Source: Candidatus Poribacteria bacterium
Lineage (GTDB): Bacteria; Poribacteria; WGA-4E; PCPOR2b
Length of the DNA stretch: 64,000 bases
Direction: 5' to 3'
Assembly (NCBI GenBank): GCA_965218095.1
Contig: OZ244587.1
Span: 4,192,001-4,256,000 of the forward strand
Below the pieces are notes generated by a model that was not told the DNA's origin, did not search any database, and saw nothing but the letters and a program-made list of their open reading frames with translations. Position numbers and translations under genes: made by a program. Positions 1 through 10,770 of the stretch are shown here, one piece after another; the stretch's first letter is position 1; every line of letters starts with the position of its first letter.

Positions 1-2
1 CC

Positions 3-491
3 TGCCTGGCTAAAGTCATCGCTGGTGGAACGCCGGGGGCTGCTTTCGGTGGACGGGCCGATGTGCTGGCTTTATACGATCCCACGTCGGGGTCGCCGAA
101 GATTCCACATTCCGGGACCTACAATGCGAATCCCCTTGCCATGGTCGCGGGACTTGCTACACTCCGTACGCTGACGCCGGAGGCTTACGAAAAGTTGCGT
201 TCGTTGACCCAGCAATTGGGGATGGAACTGGAATCTGTGTTTTCCGAGGCTGGGGTCGAAGCACAGGTCACTGTGGTGGGGTCACTTTTCCGGGTCCACT
301 TCCTGCCTCGTACACCACGCAACTACCGTGAAGCGGCTCAAGATGACGGAACGATGCAGAGGTGGCTCTTTTTCTCGCTTCTCAATCAAGGGATTCATTG
401 GGCATCTAGTGGAAATGTGTCGCTCCCCATGGCGGCGGTGCATATCAATAGACTCGTATGCTCGGTAAGAAGCGCGCTGGGAGAGTTATAG
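3..491 (+). CDS. Class III PLP aminotransferase (GSA-aminomutase-like), 5' end outside window
   Basis: Frame is open from base 3: LAKVIAGGTPGAAFGGRADV (PLP lysine region) and HSGTYNANPLAMVAGLATL. Confidence 0.85.
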   Translation, partial: CLAKVIAGGTPGAAFGGRADVLALYDPTSGSPKIPHSGTYNANPLAMVAGLATLRTLTPEAYEKLRSLTQQLGMELESVFSEAGVEAQVTVVGSLFRVHFLPRTPRNYREAAQDDGTMQRWLFFSLLNQGIHWASSGNVSLPMAAVHINRLVCSVRSALGEL

Positions 492-619
492 CGCTGTTTG
501 GTTTAACGAGGAGCGGAGCTATAAGCACGGAAACTTTGCAACCATCTTCTAAGAACGCGAAGTCGCAACTAAACGTAAAGGGTGAATCGAAAGTTCCAGA
601 GTTGCTAAGATGTAGGGAC

Positions 620-725
620 AAACGATATCGGCAACCAAAATTGTTTCGATGGCGGCGCGGTGTAAAGATTGAGGTAGCCGTCATCGTTAAAGTCGCCAAA
701 AGTGACGTCCATACTCTCCGATGAA
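620..725 (-). pseudogene. FG-GAP/VCBS repeat fragment
   Basis: MDVTFGDFNDDGYLNLY matches the FG-GAP Ca-binding loop; no surrounding intact gene. Confidence 0.5.
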
Positions 726-834
726 GCTCTTGATTTCCGTTCCGATGTTGTAGAATGTTGCGCTGTATTTTTCACTGTGAATCGCCGGTCGAATCCTGAG
801 TCCGCTCTGATCTGTATAGTTGGCGCCAAACCCA

Positions 835-2859
835 TCAAGCCCCTGGTTGGGGCGAATTTTTTAACAGCCTATCGATTTCGGTCTTGATATGCCGCTGGAC
901 CGTCCCGACGAACCGCTCCGTGCTGGTCCCCTGCCGGGTTTCAAGCCCATGGGGGCCAAACCCGAACACGATACTATCTTTTACATGCGCATCCGGGTCA
1001 TCAAAGTAGCGTGGTGTAGTTCCTCGGAGGGCGTCCGGAAGATCATCCCCTTCTGTGCGGTATATGATGGCATTTGCCAGCACGACTAGTGGTCGGTCAC
1101 CCCCTATTTCCTCATGATGACGGGGCACTTTCATGTCGCCCAATATCACGAAGTCCTTCAACTCCGGCGCCCAAGTTGTCACCCTGTAGGTTTGCCCTGG
1201 CGTGACCCATTCTCGCAATTGCTGCCGCTGTGTCGTGTATTCATGCCATTTCATGATCTCGGGGAAATGATCTGCAGGAAGGGAACTTTCATGCTGATAC
1301 CTGGCGCCATCCCCTTCAGCGCGGAGGTCATTGAATACGACAAACCAGTTGGCGTAATCTCGAAGGGCGCGGGAAAGTTGCATCACATCAACGCCTGGCG
1401 GTGGGTGGGATCCATCAACGATCACAATATGGGGTGTATGTTCATCGATCTCTCTGACGAATTCTCTCGGAAAGGCTGGGGGAACCGCCAGTCTCATGGA
1501 AGTACCGGAGCGGACGCGGTCATATCGAATCGTGAACCCATCCCTGAGATAGTCCTCAATAGGCTCGACAACCCACTGCCGCCCATAACGGTCGTTCCCA
1601 ACCACCACGATATGTCTGCTCGTATGGGCTCTGAACGCTCTCAAAAACTTGAGAAAGCCCACTGCCTCATACGCGGCTCGCCCGATTTCCACAAGATGCT
1701 GTTCGTCCAGGCGGAACTCGTCCTCGGCCGGCGGAGGCAGCTCCTCAAGTTCGTTGAATAATTGATACAGTTCTTCGGTGGACTTCGGCGGCGGATATCG
1801 ACCTCTGAGCTGGTAGGTCAATGGCTCCAGTACCCGTGTGTACTCGTAGGCAAAGCGCCTGAATTCTAGATGCTTTTGCAGCACATTGTTTATATCAAAG
1901 CATCCACGGCGTGTGTCTTCTCTATATCGGTCGAGTTCATCCAGAAGGGATTCAAAGTCGGATTTCTTCGACAGAAAGTTGACTAATGGTGGGGTTAATA
2001 TCGTACCATCATGGTTCGTCTTGTGGAACTTACCCATCCACCCCTCCAGTGTCTCAAAGCGGCGCAATACCTCTACTTTTGGGAAGTTTCTCAGAAATCG
2101 CTCAATCTGTTCCACATCAAACTTGACCTGAAAATGACGGATAAGATTGAAGCGGTGCATACCAATGATGACGTCCGTCAATGCCGGAATATCAGTTGAC
2201 TTAAATACACGGGTATACCTGCCGCAGATGGCCTCCTCATCAATTTGGTCGTCCTTCTCGACCTCACGCAGGTGATCCAGCAAACGGTCTCTCGCGGCTC
2301 GCATTTGCGCCGGTATCCTTCGGGCCTGGCGCGTTGTCACGTTCCCTCGGATGATCTGTTCATACCAATGTCTGGACACTTCCTGTGCTGCCCCATCGTC
2401 CGGATCGAATGGTTGGAGGCGATCCATGTCTGATACAAAAGCAGCGGCGCGAAGCGGTATATGACGTTTTCTCGTCATTGAAAGATGGTCCAGTTTGTCG
2501 CGCACGGGCCCTGGGAAGCCTGGTCTGTGCTTCAAGTATGCCTTAAGGAACGAGGCAGCACTTCCAGGATTGTGCGCGTAAGCGGCTTCAACAAGTTTCC
2601 GGATCGATTCAAGAACTGCCTTGGGGTTTTCGGTATCACCGTCGGATATAGCGATAACCTGACTGACCACAGCGGCAAAATTCTCGTCATCCAATAGAAA
2701 TCGTCGCCATACACAGCCGCCTGTTTCATGGACGACCGTCGAAAGGAGGGCGCAACTTGCGTGTTCATAATGGCCTATCTTCCGCTCGTATCTCAGCAAC
2801 TCTGCTAATGATTTCCCTATGCGATTCCACGGGATTTCACTCTTTTTGGCCGATGTCAT
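835..2859 (-). CDS. Hypothetical protein (~674 aa); C-terminal part possibly PRTase-like
   Basis: Long ORF; GGAGG (2872-2876) upstream of ATG 2859; motifs HIVVVGNDRYG and HIVIVDGS. Confidence 0.75.
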   Translation of the reverse strand: MTSAKKSEIPWNRIGKSLAELLRYERKIGHYEHASCALLSTVVHETGGCVWRRFLLDDENFAAVVSQVIAISDGDTENPKAVLESIRKLVEAAYAHNPGSAASFLKAYLKHRPGFPGPVRDKLDHLSMTRKRHIPLRAAAFVSDMDRLQPFDPDDGAAQEVSRHWYEQIIRGNVTTRQARRIPAQMRAARDRLLDHLREVEKDDQIDEEAICGRYTRVFKSTDIPALTDVIIGMHRFNLIRHFQVKFDVEQIERFLRNFPKVEVLRRFETLEGWMGKFHKTNHDGTILTPPLVNFLSKKSDFESLLDELDRYREDTRRGCFDINNVLQKHLEFRRFAYEYTRVLEPLTYQLRGRYPPPKSTEELYQLFNELEELPPPAEDEFRLDEQHLVEIGRAAYEAVGFLKFLRAFRAHTSRHIVVVGNDRYGRQWVVEPIEDYLRDGFTIRYDRVRSGTSMRLAVPPAFPREFVREIDEHTPHIVIVDGSHPPPGVDVMQLSRALRDYANWFVVFNDLRAEGDGARYQHESSLPADHFPEIMKWHEYTTQRQQLREWVTPGQTYRVTTWAPELKDFVILGDMKVPRHHEEIGGDRPLVVLANAIIYRTEGDDLPDALRGTTPRYFDDPDAHVKDSIVFGFGPHGLETRQGTSTERFVGTVQRHIKTEIDRLLKNSPQPGA

Positions 2860-2933
2860 CCTGTTCTCAATCCTCCGATAGTTAGCGCAACTACGTTTGG
2901 CAAATCCGTCAGCCGATGGGTGCATCGGATCTG

Positions 2934-4197
2934 TCATACATTCTCCTGACGATAGGCATCAGCGACCTTGCGCAAAGCTTGGGCGATGCCGCGCACATCC
3001 GTCTCTGTGTAGAACTCGCTGATGGTGATGGTGATGTGTGCAGCCAGCGCACTCTCCGCACGAGGACACATCCCCTTGTAATACTTCACCTGAGGGTCAT
3101 ATACGGCTTGTGGCAGTGCGTACTCTGGACATTTCGGCGGGTCGGGGGCAAGGAAAAGTGGATGGTCATACAACAGGTAGTACTCCTTTGGCATGCAAGG
3201 CACTCCCTCTGCATTCAGTGCCCGAGCGAACCCGTAGTTGTTTACTGTGAACGCACCCTCCTCCAGCCAGAGGGGATAGAGCCAGTAGGTGTGCGCCACA
3301 TCGTCGATGATGTACGGCGGATGAAGACCCGGAATATCGCGCACGAGCCTCGAGAGCAATTCGGCGCACTCTCTGCGATGGCGGACAATGTTACTGAGTT
3401 TCTTCAGTTGTACCAGCCCTACGGCCGGCCGCCACTAATTGACTCATTCGGTAGTTTAATCCCAGACTGATGTGATGCCTGAAGAACATACGCTCCTTCG
3501 TTCCTCTTTCCTCACCCCGTGTGTCTCCGAATAGGGCGGCTCTTTTTGCAAACACATCGTTGTCGGTAATGACCATCCCGCCTCTGACCGTGGTGATGTG
3601 CTTGCCCAGGCCAAGGCTGAAGACCGCAATGTTGCCTATGGAACCCACCTTCTGCCCTTTGTGCTCAGCAAAGTGAGCCTGAGCACAATCCTCAATGACG
3701 CTGAGATTATGCCGACGCCCGATTTCCATCAACTCGTCCATTCTTGCCGGCTGGCCATAGAGGTGAACCGCCAGAATCGCCTGTGTCCGATCCGTCACTT
3801 TGGACTCAACGTCGGCTGGATCGATATTGCAGGTGCGTGGGTCCACATCGGCAAAAATGGGTATGGCGTTCTGAGCAAGGATACCGGCCACGGTTCCGAC
3901 ATCGCTAATGCAGGTGACAATCACCTCGTTCCCGGGTTCAACCCCGGCGGCGACGACTCCCGTATGTACGGCTGCGGTCCCCGAATTGACAGCGAACCCA
4001 TAGCGGACCCCATATGCCTGAGCGAAGACTCAACCGAATTCACCGACCGTATCATCTCGTAACCCATTTCGCACAAGCGCCACCAGCGCTTTGGCCTCCG
4101 CATCGCCCACTTTGCGTGAGGGAAGGTTCTGACCGAGCGGCTGTGGGAAGATTGCGGAGCCACCTTCAATGGCGAGTTGCGTGACATTTTTCTTTAT
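2934..4197 (-). pseudogene. DegT/DnrJ/EryC1/StrS aminotransferase pseudogene
   Basis: AVNSGTAA, VHLYGQP, IEDCAQAH, FSLGLGKHITT, GLNYRM; ATA instead of ATG after AGGAGG, in-frame TGA 4030-4032, frameshift near 3420. Confidence 0.85.
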
Positions 4198-4302
4198 GGT
4201 TTTCCTCCTGACCAAATTTTTGCATCAACATCTGCAGATGCGAACCCGTACCGGCTGTCCCACGGAGTTCTTGAGAACCAGTTACTCTGTCGCAGAGCGG
4301 GG

Positions 4303-4500
4303 CTACTTGTCAGCCTTTGAATCACGGGCTTCGGCGAGCGCCTGTTTCGAGGCTTCGGTCACTAGCATTCCCTCAGTTGGCAGGTGCTCACCGATGAGCT
4401 GGCCGTGTGGGTCCATGGCCAACGCCAGCCCCGGAAACCAGTTGGGGGCGCTCTTGCCGGACTGATTGGCGTAGAAGATATACATCGTGCTCTGAGAGGA
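4303..4500 (-). pseudogene. Carbon-nitrogen hydrolase (nitrilase family) C-terminal fragment
   Basis: YIFYANQSG...FPGLALAMDPHGQLIGE...EGMLVTE. Confidence 0.6.
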
Positions 4501-4511
4501 CCAGAACTTCA

Positions 4512-4722
4512 TCAGCGGTGATAAAGACCAGTCAATACTGTGCCGCGTGCCGGACCGCACACTGGCTGGGCACAGTAAGCCTGTTTGAAAACGATACTCT
4601 CAGATGCCAGTCGATCGAGGTGGGATGTAACGGAGGTGGGGATTGCCGTAGGCGGAAATCGTGTCTGGCCATTGCTGGTCAGTCCAGATAAATAGCACAT
4701 TTCTGGATCGTTTGGTCATCAT
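4512..4722 (-). pseudogene. Sulfatase N-terminal fragment, frameshifted
   Basis: NVLFIWTDQQ...AYGNP in one frame, HLDRLASES...QPVCGPARGTVLTG (CxPxR) in another. Confidence 0.75.
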
Positions 4723-4849
4723 TACCTCCGGGGCGTGTGGGGTAGGGTTCGAGCATTGACGGGATGGTGGGAAAATGACTGATACTGGGTTAGGCTTGCT
4801 TTTCTCCATGCCTGAACTCCGCTATGCGGAGTCTGAAGGCTCGAAATGG

Positions 4850-5065
4850 GAAATCCCAAACCGAGCCTATCATGTGGAAGCCCGCCTGCGCCGCAATTTT
4901 TACCACAACGGGCCAAGTCAACTCCCAGACCTCAAACAGAAATACAGGCTTTCCTGCCTTCAGTCGCTGCTTTGCGGAGTTGGTAATGTATGGCGCGTCC
5001 GTGGACATTTTCGGCGTCTGCTTTTCAGATACGGGAGTTTGGGCCATTGAGGCGGAATTGGGCAT
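4850..5065 (-). pseudogene. HpcH/HpaI aldolase N-terminal fragment
   Basis: NSAKQRLKAGKPV...VKIAAQAGFH, similar to the N-terminus of the intact aldolase at 61926-62750. Confidence 0.6.
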
Positions 5066-5296
5066 GGTGTACTATCACTAAGTCTTTGAGAAGCTGCATC
5101 GGAACTGGAAATCAAACTCGCAATAGTTCATGGGTTCATCGAACTTTTGAACCCTTCAACTTTTGAACTCAAATCCCGTGTCGTGTTCTCAATACGCCAA
5201 CTGAAACAGGTTTTCTCACGCATTTAGTGATAGCACGATAACCATCCCTGACTCATTTGGGTTTATTTATTCGCTTCACATACTGAAGCCGAATCC

Positions 5297-7236
5297 TTAC
5301 CGACGACGTTTAATTTCCCCCCACGTCGTCGCCAGCTTCCCCTCAGGACAGACCGAAAAAAAATCAGGGAACGGCCAACCGTCGGGCGTGTAGACCTCTG
5401 TGATATTGGATAGAGGCCATAGGTTTCCAGTTGCGCCCCCAGCGACATAAAGCCTTCCATTCACGACACTGGCGCCTGAGGCCCACCTTTCGGTTGGCAT
5501 GTTCTCCAGCTCTTCCCAGGTGTCCTTCTTTACATCATATGCCGACAGGGATTTATAAACCGTCCAGCTAAATTTCTTAACCCCACGGCCGCCAAATACA
5601 TCTCCCCTCTTTTTATGACCGCCAGCGACATAAATCTTGCCATTATTGATAAAGCCACCGGATAGCCCCATCATATCCAGCCATAAATCTGCCTTCCGCG
5701 TCCAGGTGTCGGTGTTGGTGTTGTACTCCTCCACCATGTTCGTACTCTCGGTCCCCAATGCCCCGCCCCCGACGACCCCGCCAATGACATAAATTCTTGA
5801 GCCGACTGCGGCGATGGCGAAGTCCCATCTTGGGTTTGGCATGTCGGCTTTCTTCTCCCAAGTGTCGGTGGTGGGGTTGTAGACCTCGACCGCCGCAGAC
5901 GAAAGCCCTTGAACTGGGTCTGTCTGCCCGCCAATCGCATAAATCTTCCCACCCGCGACGGCGGTCCCTAGCATCGTTCGGATCGTTGGCATGGGCGCTT
6001 TCTTGGTCCATTTGCCGGTTTTGGGGTTATACTCCTCATTGATCGCAGTGGGTTGGTTTCCAGCGGGTGTTCCACCAATGACGTAAATCTTTCCCTTGAC
6101 TGTGCTGGCGGCGTGCATAAACCGAGGCGTATTCATGTCACCCTTGTCTGTGTAGACGCCCCTGTTATCCTCTCTATTCTAGGTTCTGTTGACATTTCAA
6201 GGGAGCCATATAAGAGTGGAGACAAAGCTGAGAAATCCAAAATAACGGATAGCTAACTTCTCGAACCGAGAGAAGATGCGGCGATACCATTTTATCTTGT
6301 TGATACCATTTTATCTTGTTAATGAAACATTCAACCCGATGTCTCTCTTTGTACAGATGTTTGTCGTAATCTCTTTGATCCACACGATGACTTTTGGGCG
6401 GTATCACCGCAATCGCTCCATTCGCCTCAATAACCGCGATAAAATTGTCGGAGTCATATCCCTTGTCTCCAATCACATACTCGCTTTTATATCCAAGTAT
6501 CAACGCTTCTGCTTCCGCTATGTCGTTTCTTTGACCGGGCGTCAGATGAATTCTTAGTGGATTACCCAGGCCGTCAACGGTGATGTGATTTTTTGTACTG
6601 AATCCCCCGCGAGAGCGACCTAACGCTTGGTTTTCAGTGCCACCCTTTTTTTTTCGGCACCCGCCACACACGGGGGCGCTCGAATGATTGTACTGTCCAC
6701 AATAAGCGACTCGATATCGGGGTCGGCGGCGAAGTGGGGGTGCATCTGTGTGAAGCCCCCTTTGTCGCACCACCGAGCAAAACGCTTATAGAGGGTGTTC
6801 GATTTACCATAGGTGTCTGGCAGAATCCGCCATTGAGCACCGCTACGGGTCGCCCAGAGAACAGCTTCGATAAAGCGGCGTGTTGTCGCTTCGTTGCCAA
6901 CATAGATGTTGGGACAAGTTAGAAGAAACGAGTATATCTTTTTCCATTGGTCATCGGGTAAGGTTATTGGCATCATTCTTCTATTATGCCACAACCTTAT
7001 ACTCAAATGTCAACAGAACCTAGCACACCGAAAATTAGCGCCTTTACATTTCCGTGTCCACCAATGACATAAATGTTCCCATCAGCCACGCTTGATGCCA
7101 AGTACATTCTCCGACCCGCCGCGTCGCCCGGAAATTCCCCTTTCGCTTCCCATTTTCCTGCCAAGCTCACGGTAGAAAAGCCAAATAGCCCACAGCATAT
7201 CCATCCAGCCAATATTCCATACATGACACGTTTCAT
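5297..7236 (-). pseudogene. Secreted Kelch-repeat protein interrupted by an IS5-family element
   Basis: Signal peptide and first repeat at 7024-7236; GKIYVIGG..EEYNP..W repeats at 5297-6178; C-terminal VCPEGKLATTWGEIK. Confidence 0.85.
6182..7020 (-). mobile_element. IS5-family (IS427-like) insertion sequence, 839 bp
   Basis: Perfect 16-bp TIRs GGTTCTGTTGACATTT (6182-6197) and AAATGTCAACAGAACC (7005-7020), flanked by TA (CTAG context); orfA RSGAQWR and orfB ALGRSRGGFSTK, DKGYDS, YKERHRVEC; A9 run at 6646-6654. Confidence 0.95.
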
Positions 7237-7379
7237 GGTAGATACCTCCTGTATTCGGTTGAAGGTTATTTATTTTCACGATTCACACGCTCCCTTTCGG
7301 TAAAGGAGGCTTCTTGAAAATATGCTATCATACGTCACATAAGAAATCAACAGAAAATGGAAAGTTTGAGATCAAATAA

Positions 7380-8324
7380 CTACCCTCGCACAAGTGCGCT
7401 GGCTGAAAATCCCAGGAGATACCTCAACTCCGGTGAGAAGGTTTGCGTGATTTCTGGGCTCAGGCTTGACGTGAAATCGGTAAATGGCTTGATCCATGAA
7501 CGGCAGTAATAGCAGAGGATTGCCCGGCGGGGTCCATCGGTGGAGTTTGGTCCGGACCGGTGCCACGTATTTGATAGCCAGATGGCGACTGAGCCGGCGG
7601 GCGCCGTCAGTATTACCTCATTTTCCTGTCGCTCACCCCATTTGGGCTTCTTGCGGGTGCGATGACTGCCGGGAACGATCTGTGTTGCCCCGTTGGTCGT
7701 GGTGAATTCATCCAGCACCCAGGCATTCTGGACCGTCAGCGGGAAGTCCGGCAAAGGCTCCGGCAACTGGCCAAGCGGCGCATCCACATGCCATGCCCCA
7801 CCTTCGGTGTGTGGTCCAATGCTGGTCCCGCTGCAATCGGCGATAACACAGTCGGCGCCAAGAATATCCTGCACCAGCGAAAGCACAACCGGATGTTCAA
7901 TCAGCTTCCCGACATCCGGGACTTTGTTGACCAAGTTCCAGATGCGCTGTGACTTGCCGTAATCGAACAGTGTGGGCAAGTGAAGAAAGTTTTTATTCAC
8001 CTCTGACGGGGAAACGGGCCACGGTGTGCCTTGATTTTGTGCGCGTGAATGGCGGATTCGCCGCATGAGTCGAGCCAGTTCGGCTTCACTGACGAGGTAA
8101 CTTTCTCTCAGGTATTCTTCGATTTCGCTGTCTTCTGGCAACGCCGGACCATCTTCCGGCTCGAAGGGATTTTGCCGTTCCTGTTCAAAAAACTCCTCCA
8201 CGAAACTTCGGTAGTGCTGGACTTCGCCTTCGCTGAGTACCCCTTGGATTACGACGTATCCATGTTCAGAAAGATGAGTGAATGCAGACTCCAAGTCGTT
8301 ACTTGAGATGCCATGAGTTCCCAC
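7380..8324 (-). CDS. PhyH-family Fe(II)/2-oxoglutarate dioxygenase
   Basis: GYVVI, WHVD, NGATQIVPGSH, WHRSGPN...RR; GGAGG before GTG. Confidence 0.9.
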   Translation of the reverse strand: MGTHGISSNDLESAFTHLSEHGYVVIQGVLSEGEVQHYRSFVEEFFEQERQNPFEPEDGPALPEDSEIEEYLRESYLVSEAELARLMRRIRHSRAQNQGTPWPVSPSEVNKNFLHLPTLFDYGKSQRIWNLVNKVPDVGKLIEHPVVLSLVQDILGADCVIADCSGTSIGPHTEGGAWHVDAPLGQLPEPLPDFPLTVQNAWVLDEFTTTNGATQIVPGSHRTRKKPKWGERQENEVILTAPAGSVAIWLSNTWHRSGPNSTDGPRRAILCYYCRSWIKPFTDFTSSLSPEITQTFSPELRYLLGFSASALVRG

Positions 8325-8621
8325 AACAAAATTCCTCCAATTCTAAGTATAGTGTAACATGACTTGTTCAGATCTTTTTCATCATAGATCATCAGTTGGG
8401 TCAATTTTCGCCTGCCGGCCTTTTCAAACTCCCCCTCAGGCCCATTCCATTTCCTGCTTCGACGGCCACAGCGCATTCCGGATGTAGCTACCCGGAATCT
8501 CCAGCGCTGTCGGTGGGTGAGAGCGCAGCGCTTCACAGATTTGCCAAGAGTCTGATGATCCGTCAATCAAAAACTCGGTTTCTCTGGAATAGGTATCGGT
8601 TATCTATCTGTGAATAACGGG

Positions 8622-9659
8622 CTACAATTCGAGTGGAATCTCTATTTTCTGAGGCTGTCCGGTGTGGATGGACTCCACAATCTTTTCCAGCAGTAACGTG
8701 GAGACGATGCCAGTACGTGCCGGCACGTAGGGCTCGGTATCGTTACGAATAGCTTCGACAAGCAGGGGTAGACGGTCAATGCCTGCTGGCTTCAGGGTTT
8801 CGCTCTCCGATTCCCCTGTCGTCGGGCCTGGTCCCGTGAAGGTCACTTTGCTGAAGTGCTCATAGAGGACCGCGGACTGCTCACCATCGAAGAACTCGAA
8901 AAACCATTTGGAAACGACGGAATCAATGTTGATGGCAGCATCGCCCATCAGAAAGGTCGCCACCGACCCATTGGCAAAGCGGATGGTCGCCGCCGCTGTG
9001 TCTACCACGTCAGGACTTTCCAACTCGCCGGGATGGGTGATTTGGCCCCCCGTTGCGTAAACTTCCACCGGATCCGAGTCGTGAATCCAACACATCAGAT
9101 CCACGGCGTGGACACCGATATCATACAGCGGTCCCCCACCCTCCTCGGGATGCCAACGCCACCGACTGAGGTCACCTCGGCGATTGATACATTGACCGTG
9201 GCTTATCTTCGGAGGACGTAGACGGCGCTTGACTTCTCGCGCTGCCCCAGAGAAACGAATGGAAAAGTCAATCATCAGCTTTGTACCCGCTGCTTTCATT
9301 GCCTCGTAAATGCGCAGGCAGTCCGCCGTGGTCATTGCCATGGGCTTCTCTAAGAAGAGGTGCTTTTGGGCATTGCAAGCGGCAACAGCTAAATCGGCGT
9401 GGGAACTGTGAGACGTAGCAATTGAGACGATGTCTACCGAAGGATCAGCGAAGATGCGGTCTGGGTCCGTGGTATGGTATTCCCCGCCGTACTCTTCGTG
9501 AAAACGTTGTGCTGAATCGGCGCGGATGTCACAGAAGCCACGTACGACAACGCCCGGCGTGGACGAAGCTCCCCGCGCGTGACCGTTGCCCGCACCTCCG
9601 CAACCGATGAGCGCCCAACCCAGCGGACGATTTGTTGTGTCATTATTCGTCATTTTCAT
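8622..9659 (-). CDS. Gfo/Idh/MocA oxidoreductase
   Basis: IGCGGAG, LEKPMA, GGPLYDIGVHAVD. Confidence 0.92.
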   Translation of the reverse strand: MKMTNNDTTNRPLGWALIGCGGAGNGHARGASSTPGVVVRGFCDIRADSAQRFHEEYGGEYHTTDPDRIFADPSVDIVSIATSHSSHADLAVAACNAQKHLFLEKPMAMTTADCLRIYEAMKAAGTKLMIDFSIRFSGAAREVKRRLRPPKISHGQCINRRGDLSRWRWHPEEGGGPLYDIGVHAVDLMCWIHDSDPVEVYATGGQITHPGELESPDVVDTAAATIRFANGSVATFLMGDAAINIDSVVSKWFFEFFDGEQSAVLYEHFSKVTFTGPGPTTGESESETLKPAGIDRLPLLVEAIRNDTEPYVPARTGIVSTLLLEKIVESIHTGQPQKIEIPLEL

Positions 9660-9851
9660 TCAACCTCCTGTTTTTGGGTGTGTTGCGTAGGATCTCAATG
9701 GTAATACTTACCTAAACCGTTCATAAATTCTTGTGATAGTCTAATAGTGCTAAACGAAGAGTCTCTAACCAAGATCTTTCGCGGAGTTTACCCTGAGCGT
9801 AGATTGAGATTCAGGATGACAAGATATCGCAATTTATCTGTAGAGTACTCC

Positions 9852-9896
9852 TTAGATATGGTGCACATCCATGAGTTCTGGTGCAACGCGATTCAT
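9852..9896 (-). pseudogene. 14-codon remnant of the start of a BNR/sialidase gene
   Basis: MNRVAPELMDVHHI* is nearly identical to the start of 12769-13965 (MNHVAPELTDVHHI). Confidence 0.85.
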
Positions 9897-10770
9897 CGTG
9901 GATGCCCCTTCTCTTAGTCGTAAAGCGTCGCCTTTATTCAAGTATTCGGCATCTGGCGAGCATCTGCTTGCCTCGCTCCGAGAGTTTGTCGAATTCCGCC
10001 TGAGTCATTTCGACCGGCTTTTTTTGTGCGAACCAGGGTAGGGAATAGCAAATCACCAACTCCGGCCTGGGGTGGTCCGAGCGGTTGGGCGTTCCACGGT
10101 GGAGCGTGCGTGGATCCTGAATCCACAGCGTTCCTTTCTTCATGTTGAGACGACGCCTGGTGGGAAAGTCACCCTTCTCTAGAACCTGGTCGTAGCGCGT
10201 TTCCAACTCCGGGTCAGCAAGATATTGGGTGGATGGCAATACCTCGAAGCTCCCATTTTCTTCAAAGGTGTCCACCAATGGGAACTTGACGCCGAAATGC
10301 GGACAAACTTCCAGACCGACGTGGGGAACTAACTTGGAAATTCCAGCATCTCGATGCCAATGTTGGTACTCGCTGCCGGGGTACGGGTTGTTTGAATGAT
10401 AGCAGGTAATCAGATAGTCGCTCCTGCCCCAATACCGGTCGAGAAACGCCAGCAGCGCGGGATTCTCGTAAATCTCGGGATCTGCAAACGGCGGCTCCCA
10501 GGGGACGTACATCGTGTAACGATTGACCTGCCCCAGACGGCCTTCTACAACAAGGCGGTCATCGCTGTTTCCATGCACCTTTACGCCGCTTGCGGGGTCT
10601 CTGTGAGCCTTCACCGTTTCCAAAAATGGCAGAAAAGCTTCACGGATCCGATCGATTGTCTCAACAGGTATCAAGTCTTCAAAGGTAATGTAGCCGTTGA
10701 TCTTCAACTCGGCAAGTTTCAGATCGAGGTCATAGTTGGGTAGAGAAGATGTCATGTTCCCTCCTTATGC
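9855..10770. repeat. Segmental duplication, paired with ~13924-14855
   Basis: Near-identical PhyH ends, intergenic CTTAGTCGTAAAGCGTCGCCTTTATTCAAGTATTCGGCA and BNR start. Confidence 0.9.
9934..10755 (-). CDS. PhyH-family dioxygenase (paralog of 14004-14841)
   Basis: GYITFE, WHRD, NGSFEVLPST, LHRGTPN...RP. Confidence 0.9.
   Translation of the reverse strand: MTSSLPNYDLDLKLAELKINGYITFEDLIPVETIDRIREAFLPFLETVKAHRDPASGVKVHGNSDDRLVVEGRLGQVNRYTMYVPWEPPFADPEIYENPALLAFLDRYWGRSDYLITCYHSNNPYPGSEYQHWHRDAGISKLVPHVGLEVCPHFGVKFPLVDTFEENGSFEVLPSTQYLADPELETRYDQVLEKGDFPTRRRLNMKKGTLWIQDPRTLHRGTPNRSDHPRPELVICYSLPWFAQKKPVEMTQAEFDKLSERGKQMLARCRILE

Noticed and set aside
4030-4032. In-frame TGA in DegT as selenocysteine, given selA
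   Set aside because: Not a Cys position, and the gene has other lesions (ATA start, frameshift).
9700-9850. Structured ncRNA
   Set aside because: Looks like a degenerate REP/MITE-type relic; no recognisable RNA family.
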